Below are positions 29,030 through 43,009 of a stretch of DNA of 64,000 bases, piece after piece. The position numbers and the translations under genes are program-made. The stretch lies in assembly GCF_009914755.1 (NCBI RefSeq), contig NC_060930.1, one strand, 5' to 3'. Source of the stretch: the human T2T-CHM13v2.0 reference genome, Homo sapiens. Below the pieces are notes generated by a model, which saw nothing but the letters and a program-made list of their open reading frames with translations, was not told the origin of the DNA and did not search any database. Each line of letters opens with the position of its first letter. The first letter of the stretch is position 1.

Positions 29030-29174
29030 AACTCTCCTTCCCTTTCTTCTCTCTTTCCTCAGTTCTCTCTTTCTTTCTGTCTCTCTCTGTCTCTCTCACA
29101 CAGACACACACGCACACACACAAGAACACACACACACATACACACAGCAACAGCAGCAGCAGCAGCAGCAGCAG
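29030..29174. repeat. Compound (CT)n-(CA)n-CAG CAA (CAG)8 microsatellite
   Basis: Seen directly; uninterrupted (CAG)8 at 29151-29174. Confidence 0.92.
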
Positions 29175-30084
29175 CTCTGCTTGTGGTTCTCTTTGCCCAT
29201 AGATTTCATTGTTTTTTTACTGCCAGCTGACTACATCCTCCTTCTTTCCATGTCTTTTTGGGTCCCTCCAAATTTTGTATTACACATGGCATTATTTCAC
29301 CATTAGGTTACTACTGACTGGCATAGTTTCTTGTTTTTTCCCTTGATATATTTTGAAAACAAAGAATCCAGCTAGCTTAGCTTACTCTTTCAGATCTACC
29401 TATAAAGTACATCCTATGCTATGAATCAGCTGTCCATCCATCTAGTGCTGATTCTTGGTCTACTTACCTAGGGACAGGTTAGGGTCACAGGAACATGAAA
29501 TGTGGATGCTTAGACAAAGAAGACTGTAACTAGGGTGGGGAGTTAGCCAGAAGAGATCCTTTGACAGCTCTAATGCAAACGTAAGTTTAAAAGTATTATG
29601 AGATAGTAGATGCAAATGCAGTGAACAGAGCTGTGTTGTAGAATATGGTGTGGTACAACACAGATTCCAGACTTCATTTATAAAAGACAAGGCCAGACGC
29701 ATAAGAAAGTTATGTTAGCTATAAGAGAACAAACAGACATTGGACTCGAGAGGTTGATGAATCGCTATAACATTCGTTCGTCTCCGTTATATGATATCAA
29801 ATCTTAGAAAGCAGCTGTTCACAATTTTTTTGTGTGTCTGGTAAATCATCTCAAGCTGCTGCAGATTCAGTATCATGCATATGACAAAATTAGGCAAGTC
29901 AACTGTGTGTTACATGAGTGGTTCATTTCGCCTGATGTTCTATTACATTTGCAGCTGCATCTGCATCTCAGACACGTAACATTAACTGATGTTCATAATG
30001 ATAACCCTGAGTCATTAAGGAAATGTTGTATTATGTCTGGTACAGTACACTTGAGAAGTAAAGAGATGAAATGGAGAAAGAACT

Positions 30085-30550
30085 GAGACTTACTGAATGC
30101 TTGCTGTATTGCAGATACTGAGAGAGATGAGCTACTTATGTTACTGCCCTTAACAACAGAATCCTGTGACATAGGTACAGTTACCTTCATTTTACAACTG
30201 AGAAAAAAACATGTTCAGATAAGGATATTTTCCATATTTGAATTAGGAATCCAAATCCATCTTATTCTAGAATTTTTGCTCTCCCTTTATATCACCAACC
30301 TGTTTAATTTTTTTTAAAAGACATATTCAAGTCAGTATTTAAATGAGATAGCCTTAGGTAGTCAGTGTTAGCTAGTCAAAGACTCAAACTCAAAATATTC
30401 ACAAAAGAAAGAAGAGAACTAATATTTGAGCACATGACCATTCATGATGATTTATTCCCTGTGAACTATGTATTATTATCCCCAAGTTATAAGTTAAGGA
30501 AATTCATTAAGGCAAAGTGACTTGTCCAAGGTTGCTCATTGAGAGAGATG
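30085..30550 (-). mobile_element. Two MIR fragments (~30085-30290 and ~30420-30550)
   Basis: CATTTTACAACTGAGAAAA; AAGTGACTTGTCCAAGGT. Confidence 0.5.
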
Positions 30551-30769
30551 TGGCTTTAATGTGTTTTTGTTTGTTTGTTTTGCAGGCTTCTTTTGTCAAT
30601 CCACTATGTAAATGTTAGTTTTCTTAAGTCAGTCCTGAGCTCCCTCATTTTCTTCTCCTTCAGTTTCCTTTTGTAGGATAGTTTCAGATGTAAGAATTCT
30701 GAAATTTATAACTTTAGATCCCACCTTGCTCTCAAGTTCCCTATATAACTTAGATACTTTTTTCATATA

Positions 30770-31680
30770 CCGTGAAACACTGAAACTCAAAAGATATAAT
30801 TTTTTCATTTCAACAGTCTCCAAGTATACCTGCAACCCCACATTTCTTGTCTAAGTGAATGACCCCAATTACTCAAGCAAGAAATCTATGTATCACCCTA
30901 CTTGACTCAGTAGGTGCTGACTGGCCACCTCTTGTTGTCCTTGATATGAATCTCTTTCTTCCTCTTCCTCTACCACTTCTCTAATTTAAGCCAGTCCTAA
31001 ACAATTGTAGTAGCTATATCAGTCTGCATTTCTCAATGCCATTAGAGTGAACTTCCTATTGAATAATTTTAATCATATCACTTTCTTGCTCTTAATTCTT
31101 CAGTGATCCCCATAGCCAAAAGCAAAGCATCCATACTGCTTTGCACAGTAGTACTCATAACCCCTCATGACCTGGTCTCTGTTTGCTACTTATTCCCACC
31201 TTCATGGTGATATAGCAATTTTGACATACTTACGGCTCCCTGGACACACCGAACACTGTCAAAGTTTTCTAACTTTGCCTGTTTCCTTCACCTGCTGGTT
31301 TACCACACTATTCGTCAAGCATCCTCTCAAATGCTTTTTGATTATTAAGTCTTTCCATCTGTTTTTCAGGGCTGCTATGACTCTTTATTCACACTTCAAA
31401 TACAGCAGGTGTCTTAGTGTACTGTAATCACATGTGGATTTTTGCTCCTTGGACTGATAACACTGGGCTGAGATGCAGTGTGCACTGGGATGGACATACT
31501 GCCCTTTGTGGCTGGCATGCTTTCTGATTAATTATATATCTGTTATGAGTGGTTGGTGTTTATGGCAAGCAGTTGTTCAATATCTTGAATGTCATCTCCT
31601 GCTTACTACCAAGCAATGTCTGGCATAGAGAGGGTGCTCATAAATACCTGTTGATTCTTGAATTAGGAATGAATGAATGC
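30770..31680 (+). mobile_element. L2 LINE 3' region
   Basis: Ends TGTCTGGCATAGAGAGGGTGCTCATAAATA...GAATGAATGAATG. Confidence 0.65.
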
Positions 31681-31899
31681 CGAGTTATGGCTGGCTTCAA
31701 CTTACCCTCTTCCCTTCACTGCCTCTGGCTGTACTACACTGAGCTGGTCGGGTTTCTGTGACATATCTACCTGGGCTGGTTCTGTACTGTAGCAAAACAA
31801 AGAATAAATGTATTTTGTGAAGAGCTTTCACATATGTGCAGAAAGTTTGCATGTCCCATTGAGGCTTCATTCCTAACAAACAAAATATCCTCACTTTTA

Positions 31900-32420
31900 T
31901 CAATGATTTTCAGAGACTTCTTACTGCTCGTAGATGTCCTCTAATCATACAAATTTATACTTACAGCACAAGAATGAGAACTAAGAATAATAATCCAGAT
32001 ATGATCTCATCATTGCAGGATGAATTATGATGATTGGATCCTGTGAGTTGGAAGGCCACTGGCGGACACTGATACAGGCTTAATGACATGGACTTCCTTC
32101 ACAGCCATATCATCTTGAGCTTGTGCTCACTTGAAGTCCAGGATTTTACTTTACTTTTTCCACATGAGCTGCCATCACATCAGATATGTCCTGGCCCATT
32201 AAAAAAATAAATTTGTACTTCTGATTATCTCATTCTGTATACCCCTTTGACCCTCATTCTGGTTTAGGATTTTCTGCAGTTTGACAATTGTGCTTTTGAC
32301 ATCTTTCTTACAAATTATGGATGAAAATACATAAGCAGCAGAGCAAATTTCAGAATCCCATGTTACACCACTTTTCCTCCAGCTTCAGACTGATTCATTA
32401 ATCAACATTGTTTGGGTGCA
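31900..32420 (-). mobile_element. L3/CR1 LINE fragment
   Basis: ATCCAGATATGATCTCA and GATGAAAATA...CAGAATCCCATGTTACACCAC resemble antisense CR1 RT region. Confidence 0.4.
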
Positions 32421-33009
32421 AAATGTCCAGATATCGATTCCTGGCTCCAGGGGTGTTTTTTTTTTTTTTTTATTTCCTTCTATCTAATTCCGTGCTTTGT
32501 CCACAAGATATAATTAGAAACCTGAATGGCTCACTTAAATTAATGAGTACCAGGCCTGTATAGTTTATTTAATCTATTAATTTCCAGCCCTTATTAGGAA
32601 GTCATCATCATCATCACTGTCATCATTCATCTGTTGAAATCAATTTACCAAAGTAAATTCCTGTCTTTGGTATTAGCTGGACCCCAGTCCTATGTCTTGG
32701 CAACTTTTAACTTAGACTCACCTCCAGTACCATGGCCTGGAAGGGCGAGATTCTCCCCAGGCTTCCTCCTGAGTCATAGGGCTTCCCCTGTTAGCCTCTC
32801 TGCCTCTGTCTTCTCTCAACTGCCTTCATAACCTCAGCCACAAACTGAAGACTTTTTTCTGGTGAAAACCATTCAGACTAAGCCTTCTGTGAGTTTTTCA
32901 GGTCCTGTAAAGATGGATGTGCACAGAGGTGGGTCAAATCACTTATTGTGTAGACTTCTGTCTCTTTGTTGGCTCTTTAAGGGACTTTAGGCCATATGAA
33001 TAAATCTGT

Positions 33010-33170
33010 ATCTGTATGATAGGTATTGATCTCATTTTGCATATAGTGTTGCTAAACTGAAGCTTAGGCAGATAAATTGGCTTTGGCCAAGATCCATGAC
33101 TACTGAGTTGTGAGGGTGAAATTTTAATACAGGTTTAAGGCTCAGAGGCTCACACTTGAGCCATTAAATT
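33010..33170 (-). mobile_element. MIR fragment
   Basis: CTCATTTTGCA...AAACTGAAGCTTAG...CCAAGATC. Confidence 0.55.
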
Positions 33171-34092
33171 AACTCATCCTGTTGTCTTGTGAGCACAGAT
33201 TTCCTTCCTTCCTTCCCTCTTTTCTTCCTCTGTATTCCCTTCATTTTCTTTCCTTTTCTTTTGTGCTCACCTTATCTCCTGTCTCCCTTCTCTCTTTCTC
33301 CCTGACCTCATCCTCCCTCTATTTTTTTCTTTTTAGAATTCATGATCACAGTAAAGTTCTTTCAGTCCCTGGGATGCTATTTATTTTAACTTAGGATTGA
33401 TAATTTACCTCACAAGCCAACTTGGATTTGTCGAGAAAACTAGTCCTTTTATTTTATGTATAGCAGATGTAATCTTCACGCACCTCATGCACTGGTAAAT
33501 GGAAGGAAAAACACTACCTACAGGTCAAATCGATCTCAAGTTTAGTCTGTCTCATGATGTAAGCAGCCCCTTCTGAAATGACAGGCTCTCAGATAGCTTT
33601 CTCTTTTCTTGCTTCTCTCCCTCAAGGATGTCCTGGTCTAGGAGAGGTGGGGATTGTGACTTGTGTGTCTTTACAACACTGGGAGTTGGGGTCTTAGGCC
33701 CTTGTTCAGCATATACCTGTTGAACACACACACACAGGGTGCAGCCCTAGCCTCTGTAGGGTCACCTGATCCCTTCAGTATGAGTCCTGGGCAGGGAACA
33801 CTGTCAGCTTGGAATTTGCACTTCACTAGAACTGAGCCGAGCACGGGAGTGTCAGCCAAGCATCTCTCTCTGACCATGATGCTCGACCTGCTTAGCGAGG
33901 CTGGGCTTACCTGTTGGCCTGGAACCCTCAACCCAATGGTCCCTCTCACAGTGCTAGGTGTCATGTATAGGAAAGAGGCCCCTGGCCTAGGTTCACCCGT
34001 TGTACACCAAAGCCCTCAAATTAGAAATCGGAACATATGTTGTCTCACCTTTTTTCATATACCTTCCAATAAATCTTACACGATGAAAAACA

Positions 34093-34401
<309 letters not shown>

Positions 34402-34433
34402 GAAAAACGGGCAAGGTTTTCTGTCTCCAGATT

Positions 34434-34435
<2 letters not shown>

Positions 34436-34476
<41 letters not shown>
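34436..34476. repeat. Uninterrupted T41 homopolymer
   Basis: Seen directly. Confidence 0.95.
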
Positions 34477-34477
<1 letters not shown>

Positions 34478-37400
34478 GTGACTTCAGACAAACATTAGTG
34501 GTAGAAGGGGATATTTTCCTACAATCTGGTTAACCCCCCGAGCTGGCGTCTTCAAGCTTAGTTTTTGACATACAAAAGGAGGCAATGAAGAAATTTGGAG
34601 AATAGTTTCTCTAGAGATTGACTTTAAAAGCTTTTGGCTTGTTGTCTAATCATATTTTTATGTCAGAAGCTGACCATTTCTTCAGCTTTTCTCTTTGCAG
34701 GACACCTAAAACAAATCTTAATCAGTTCCTTGGGACATGGCTACCTCAGACTTGTTAGGATCAGCAAAAGAAGATTAAAAATATTTAAAATAGCCCCCTT
34801 AAGTAAAAGATGGGATATATTTACAGTGTTTACTTTTGCATTTGATTTAATTTGAGATTTTCTTTGAGAAGATGGAAGGAATAAAGAGCAGTTGAGATGT
34901 TACACTTTTGATTTACCCTGCGTATCATTCCATTGTCCTCTGACCCATGTCTTTAGCCTATTGCATCCTCGGTTGTCTTCTTCTAAAAGTTGTCTTTTGT
35001 GTTGATATTATTGTCCTTAGTATTTTAAAATAAGTCTTAGTTCACTTTGAACTATAATCTCCATAGAAGAACCACCAGCTTCTAATTTTATTTGTTTGTT
35101 CTTTGTTTTGTGCTCCTGTCCCTTTCTTGGCCATATTTTCATACTAAGTTTTTTAGAAAGCAGCCAGTGAAGTAGCACTGTTTCTGTTTGTTGTTATTCT
35201 TGTTTTAGTGATATCATTTTTTTCTCTTTAGGATTATTTTTAATTAAATATTTATATTTGAGGTCTTAGAAACACTTCACTATATTTGTCTTAGAGCCTC
35301 AATGGCAGGATCCAGTTTAATATTTCTTGATGTTTTTGAAAGATTTCATAAATTCCAGAATAAGTGACTTAGTATACCAAGCGTTTCCTTTGCTTTTTGT
35401 TTGTTTCCCTTTAATTTCAACATGGAATGATATTATTATTCTAAGATTCCTGTCACTGCCACAAAAATGAAACAATGTTTCCTTATGGGTCAGAAGTAAA
35501 TTTATGGTAGACATTTCCCTTCCGGCTCCCTCTGCATATCAGTCATTTTTCTGCAAAGAAAGTGAAAATTTATTGCATGAGAAACTTTGAAACATCACTC
35601 AGTTCTCTTGTTTGTGGTCATATTTTATGGCTTTGAGTGGGGACTTCTGTTCATTCCCATATTATGAACAACAGACTGTTATTGTAACTCATCTGACACA
35701 AGAGTTTCCACAATAAAATTAATTGGAAATTTCAGAGAATTGAGAAAGTATAGCTTAAATTGATCTTTAGTTAGGTACAATTTCTTCTTTACCCTGAGAC
35801 ATGAAGACTTTAAAATGAAGACTTAAAAAAAAATGAGGCTGATACTTATTTTTGTAATATGGTGCTAGTTATGTAAAATAAAGTTTTGTTTTAATGGGTT
35901 GTTAGACAAATTTTAACGAAATAAAAATAATGCAGAATAATCTGTCTCTGTAGAAGCATAGCCTCAGATTTATGGTCCAGAAATCTAGGAGGGTGGCATG
36001 TAATTTAAATATTGAAGGGCATAACTTATCAAATGATATGTCAAGTACAAAAATGGCCTTGTAAAAAGATGACTTTATTAGGGGAGGAAGTAAGGCATAT
36101 AGTGAACATACTACATAGACTCACATTTTGGAATCGGTATGACTACAGAAAACCACCTTACTTGGACTGGATGGATTTGATAGTGGAAATGAGTGGCCTG
36201 TGAGGATGGAAGTTTTTGTATTTATACAGGTTTATGCATCAGAAGTTGGCACTGTCTAAAAAATCCAAAATAAAAAAGGCTAAAAAAAGTTTCATTTTAT
36301 TTTGCTTTAAAACAAAAATTCCTACATCTAGTGTGATGTTGGTGGTACAGCTACTTCAGTATCTACATGTTGACATTAAAAGTTGCATGACTATTTTCAT
36401 ATTAAATGTTATCCAGAAAGTATGACCCACCTAATATTGTTATTGAAACACCATTTCCAGTCGTGCAATTAATCCTAATTAAACATTAGCACAAAATTTG
36501 GAAGATCAGAAAGTTGTTAGTACCATCTTGAATCTCATGATTGCAGAATTAATTTAACAACCCTGTTTGGGCATAATACATTCCAAAAAAATATTTAAAG
36601 AAGCATCGATTTATTCAGAAGGTTTATATTTGCTTCATATGCATTCTTCAGTGGTATTCAGGAAACAGCTGTCAGATAAATTATAAAAATACGTGATAAA
36701 CAAAACCAACTCATCTTTTTAATTGATTTTAATCTAGCTTCATCTAGGCAGCATAATGCTCTTCACTGATAGTAGAGTGAATAATATGAATGCAATTACT
36801 TAGCAATTCACCATGACTTAAAAATATACAGAGCCTTAATCTATTACTAATATAGTGTAATGTCCAAAGCAGCAAATTATTGGTGGGAACTATTGAAGAT
36901 CAGCTGGTAGTTAGTCATACTGCTTTGTTCAAATTTAATTTCAAGAAACAAAGAAGGAGACATGATTACTGGTAGTAACAGCAATGAATTATGGGAAACT
37001 ACCACTGAATCATTTATTGATTGATAGTGAGTGAAAGTCGTTATCCTCTGATGGCTGTTTGAACAGCTAATATGAAACGATGCAGCTGATGTCTGTCACG
37101 AAACCTTTGCCATATTAGCTGTTTCCTAATTGTCGCTTTTATTTTTTGCAGCAGAAATTGGAGCATGGGGGAAGAGCCGTGAATCTAAATTTGTTTTTTG
37201 TTGTTGTTGTTTTTTTGCTGATGGAGAAAGTGCTTCTTGGTTTTAAATTCCTACCAAAATAAGAGGGAAGGAATTTTATTTAGTTACCTGAAGTAATGCT
37301 AGATATTAAATGATGAAGACTATCAAGATTCCTCCATTTTATGGTATGCTTTATAATATTCAACATCAAAGGTTAGCACAGCCTTTTGTATATTCAAGTA

Positions 37401-37833
37401 GATAGGAATGGCCCTGGGTGTTACTATCTACCGGATAGAGCAAGAGAAAGTTGACTCTGGCAACTGTCATTACCATTTATTTCTCTCTTTTCCAAACTTA
37501 GCCCCCTTTTTTCTCCATAGCAATTGGCTAGAGTCCTCTTGAAGTCTGTATTGCCAACCATAAGTTGTCAGGTGTACAGTAAGTTTTCAAGATAGGATTT
37601 GTAAGGTAGACCTAATTATCTTCTTATTTTGGATATTGGGAATATGCAAAGGCTATGACCAAAATTTAGTAATATTATTTGCCTAATTATTATTTAACTT
37701 GGTTAATAAGCCCTGATTTAGTTACACTATCGATAGGATGAAAACCCTTGCCTTGAAAATTGGCAGCTGTTGTTTTTACCATTGAACTGTACAAAGCTCT
37801 TCCAGTCTATTATACGCATTTTTTTTTTTTCTA

Positions 37834-38178
<345 letters not shown>

Positions 38179-39059
38179 TTAAGTGTATCTGATTTAGGAA
38201 CCGAATGTTGATAACTTGTTTTCAGATTCAGTCCATAATGGAAGTCTATAAAAATGTCAACCAGTTATCAGGGCATAATGCCAGGTCATCTATGTGTTCT
38301 TATCATCTTCAAACAGATCAGATGTCTATCATCTTCCTGCTTTGTGCACAGATCTGGGCCACTATGATAATCATAATACATTAGATTTACCTAATGGTTG
38401 TTTCCCGGGTTACCCTCTCAGACTTTTGCAATGTTCAGCCTTGCTTTAATGGTTTCTTACAATGCACAAGTACACTTAAATTGCAGCACTGGATGTTTTT
38501 CTCCAAAAGTGTTATACATGGAAGGGGAAGGGGGTGAGAAAGATCCTGTAATTGAATAGTTAATAGGCTTTTCACTCAATGAACATGTCCATGAACCTGA
38601 TACATACTTGTTTTGACGTCTAAAAATGATATTCGAGATGGCTTAACTTGGTTGTTGATTAGCAAGTCTCCATCTAACATTTTCAGTCAAATATTTCTCT
38701 CCCTCGCTTGGATGTAAGCCTAGCTAGCTGAGCTGGGGGTGAGAAGGACAGAACGAGTTGGTGTGGGCAGCCTGGTCTGAGTTCTTTTTGGATTGCGTGT
38801 TGTAAATCTTCATCCTCTGGGCTCAAATGACCAATATTATATTTTTCAGAAATCAATAATCATGAAATTCATCACTGTTCATTTATAGGTGAATAATTAC
38901 ACACTGAAGAGGCTAATTGCTATTCTATAATATTTTGAAAAACTAGAAAATGGAAAATTGCTAAGAAAATTTATCCATTCCCTTTGCAAAAAAAGTTGGG
39001 TTTTGTCAAGAATGTGAAAAGTCTGAAATTTTTCTCTACTTTCAGGCTAACAATTTATT

Positions 39060-39500
39060 TAGCCTTCCACAGTTTCATGGCAGATGCTGGCAGAAGACAT
39101 GATACTCCTAGATCAGAGACAAAGACTTCATTACAGCACAGCAAGCAAAACGAACTCCCTTGTCCCTCCAAGTGCTTTGGGGTTGACATAGAGGGGCCTC
39201 GGTGGGTACTGTGCAATTAGTGGGTTTGCATCACAGCTGAGGAATCCTAAGTTTAGGAATCCTGAATGTTTTGTAAGGGATGACAAATGAATCTGCCTGA
39301 ACTTTGCTCGGAAGAGAACCACTATCTTTATTATATTGGGCCATAAACAAAGCTGCCCCTACCATCTGTTTCCATGGGAGACACTAACTCTATATTCCCA
39401 GCCTGTTTACTATCAAAACATTATTGAAAAGAGTTCAGAACAAAAGCATAGTTAGTATCTTTGCTCTCAATATGTACAGAAATGTGAGAGACCTATAGAG
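39060..39500 (-). mobile_element. ERVL LTR (LTR40-like)
   Basis: TTGAAAAGAGTTCAGAACAAAAGC...CAGAAATGTGAGAGACCTATAGAG matches the reverse complement of the recalled LTR40 5' part. Confidence 0.65.
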
Positions 39501-40173
39501 GTCTAGTTCTAATGTACCTAATGTACACTGTGGACTGTGATAGCTTATGGGTAAAATGATGAAAGGACCGAAAAGCCTATTGATGAGCTTGCATAATGTA
39601 TATATTTCTGACTCAGATAAAAAAAAAGAGAATATCTGGGAAACACTACCAATGGGGATGGAAGTGAACCAGTTTTACCAATAAAATCTTCTAAATAGTG
39701 TAACTAAGACAGGAATCTCATTAGTCCTAGATTGAATTAATGCATGCTGTGACACATCAAGCTGAAAAGTACTATTAATCTTTGACTCTATATAAAATAT
39801 GTATTTTGACATAATAGTGTTAGTTTAGTGTGTATGTCATATATATAGGTACCAGATTAAGATGGATTTTGGAATTGTTTTGTGCCTTTTCAAGCAGTAT
39901 AATTTTTAAAAACAAATTCTTGATACAGGTAGTTGTGATTTTCTTTTAACATTCCATGTTAAGATGAAAAATACTGGAATTAAAAACCCATTATGAGAAA
40001 GAGTAAATTTGAATATTTCTCCATTATATAGTAATAAATGTTTGTAAAATCTTCCTTGATCTCATGTTTCCAGGTTACTGTTTTGGAATTTGTTTGGCCT
40101 TTGCATAATCCTTGATTGACTTTGGTAAATTATATCCTAGTGGAATTATCCACTTTCATTAGCACCACTTTCT

Positions 40174-40499
40174 TCTTCTTCTTCTTCTACTTTTTTTTTT
40201 TTCCTTTTCAGTCAGGGTCTTACTCTTTTCACAGGCTGGAGTACAGTGGTGCGATCATGGCTCACTGGCTCACTGCGGTCTCGACTTCCTGGGCTCAGAT
40301 AATTCTCCCACCTCTGCCTCCTGAGTAGCTGGGACTACAGGCATGCGCCATCACATCCAGCTAATTTTTTTCTAGTTTTTGTAGAGACAGGGTTTCTCCA
40401 TGTTGCCCAGGCTGGTCTTGAATTCCTTGGCTCAAGCAATCTGCTTGCCTCAGCCTCCCAAGGTGCTGGGATTACAGGCATGAGCCACCATGCCCAGCC
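40174..40499 (-). mobile_element. AluJ with (TTC)n tail and 8-bp internal duplication GGCTCACT
   Basis: Alu body; TSD TTAG(C/T)ACCACTTTCT. Confidence 0.92.
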
Positions 40500-41299
40500 T
40501 GTTAGTACCACTTTCTAAGCACAAGATAAAAAGCTTATCTTTGCCTAAAATGTCTTCATTACCATATTTCTTTAATAAGACCTTTATCATCTCCTGTAGT
40601 ATCTGTCTGTGTTATATGAAGTTTTACAGTAAAATTTCATATATGCCATTTGGTGGGTTACTATGGAAAATTTTATCTGATGTTAAAGTTGTCCATCAAA
40701 CTACTTGACAATAACATCTCATTTATAAACATCATTCAGATTTATTGGATGATGTATTATTACTCAGGTTAAATAAGCATTCTAGTAAACTGAAAATTGT
40801 TAATACATACATACCACAACATTTACTATAACGTTCATAACAAATTTTCAAATGACTCAAAGACAAGTACTTTTTTAAGCTAAAGTTGCAATCAAACTAG
40901 TTTGATCTTTGATTAATGCTAGTGGAGCTAGAGGCCTTCTGTTGTATCTGATCTCCTGTGAACAGTGGCAATTTCTAAATAGTTCTGAAGATGTAATATT
41001 TGACCAAATCTGCCCTTATCTGGGGTTTTATTTACTGCTTGGCTTTTCTACTATCAGTATGGTTACTGTCATGTTTCACTTTTAAAAGCCTGAATACAAA
41101 ATTCATAGGAAAAAAACGCTAATTATTTCTATTTTGTTTTTTTTAGAGTGTCAAATGCAGTGAACCAAGTTTTCCTATATATTTTTTCAGATAAATTGAA
41201 AATAGTAAAATGTAATAAAAATATAAAATGTCTCATTTTTAAAATGTGAAGTTCTTTTAGATCTAACATTTGATAGCTATAATAGACTTATCATAATAT

Positions 41300-41470
41300 C
41301 ATAAAACTAGAATCCCTTAGTAATAATCTAGCCCATCATCTTTATTTTACAGGTGAGGAAATTGGGGCTCAAATAAGTTAACAGACAGACTCATGATTTC
41401 CCAGATTATTATGTAAATATATGGGACTGGAACCCCAGTTTTCCATGTGTTAATTCATTGCTCTTCCATA
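41300..41470 (-). mobile_element. MIR
   Basis: ATTTTACAGGTGAGGAAATTGGGGCTCA...GGGACTGGAACCCCAG. Confidence 0.75.
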
Positions 41471-43009
41471 ACCAAATTACCCTGAAACTAATATGACATT
41501 AATTTTAAGTTGTACCATTACTTATATATCACTAAGAAATAAGAAAGACTTCTAATAAATTATGATAGTTTCATTAATGATAGCCTCTCACCCCCCACTG
41601 CTGCCCCAGCCCAATGCATGAATCCATCCCCTCATTCCCTCATTGCTTTGAGACATTTTAAAATCTATTCTGAGAGTTTGGGCAAGACTTTCCCCCCTTC
41701 ATCTTCACTGAGTTGCATGTCGGGAAATCCTTTTGCACAAATAGCAGTAACAAAATACAACACAGCTACATATGTTTGTGGGTATCTTTCTCGTGTTTCA
41801 TAGGACACTTTGTTGATTTGCATGAAAATCAGTAATTGTCATTCCTCCAATGAAGACTGTTTTACTCAGACCAAATTTATGCCCTGTATTTTGTTGCCAT
41901 GTATTCATATAAACAATATATTTATGTTTCAGTGATGAGAAGGTGTTTTAAGTGGCAATTAACATGTGTTGTAGCAACAATGCCCATAGCTTAGTCAGGA
42001 GAAAGAGTTCGATTATCTATGTCCAAGAACAGGTAATTGCAACTTCATAATGAGTTTCCCTTGCATTTATCTTTGCAGTCTTTGTAAGAAAATATCTTGC
42101 AAGAGATCTCTTGATTTCAGAGATGTTGACATTTAAAATAATAATAATAATAAAAATCTGAGTCTCAGAATTGGTGAAATATACCTCCTTAAGATTTGCT
42201 AGAAGTCTGCTTCAGAATGTTTCTTGTTGAATAATATTTTTACAGAATACTATGATTATTTACTTAAAAAAGGCTCTTCAGCTCTTGCTAGCACATCCAA
42301 ACAGAGAAATAAATCTGGGACTCTTGATTGCATGCATATCCTATTCTATTTTTAAGCTTTTTCAAATCGAATAGATTGCTTAGTAAATGCTCTTTAATAC
42401 ACATGTTCAAAGTTCTAACTTTGTGTTTGGTGGGATGCTCTTATATTACAAAACTTAGTTACAAGTAGTGAATGTCAAACATGACCATGAACTTCTAAAA
42501 TTCAGAGTGGTTTATTCTTCATTAATTTTCAAAATTGAAATACATTTTAAAAGGACATGGTTTCAAAATCATTAAACTCCTCAAAGGAGTTCCCACTTAC
42601 GTACTGTTTATCTGACTCATGTAGTTGAATATTCAGTAATACAGAGTTTGATTAGCGTTTTTAAATTTTTTACTTTTTGGAAAAAATAATCTTGGTTTGG
42701 AATATACTGAGTCTATACAGAGGACAGGAATTTAATTTCAAATAAGTTTTCAGATTGCTTCTAGCTCCCCATGTCATAATTACTATTTTGACAGTTATGT
42801 CTCATAGACATTTATTTTAATTGCATATGTTAGCAATTCATTTTGGCATGACACTCTCTACCATTGTTGTGTTGCCGAATTATGCTTACAGAAACTATGT
42901 CAGAAATTCAGCATGTGGAGAACAGTAATTAACCTGACTCATCAATTAGCTTTTGTGAATACAGATGTCCTATGAATATATTCCAGTCATTTTTTTTCTT
43001 TTTTAATTA

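Noticed and set aside
28923-29306. 127-aa ORF with polyQ (polyA in the overlapping frame)
   Set aside because: Made of CT, CA and CAG microsatellites; no splice or homology support.
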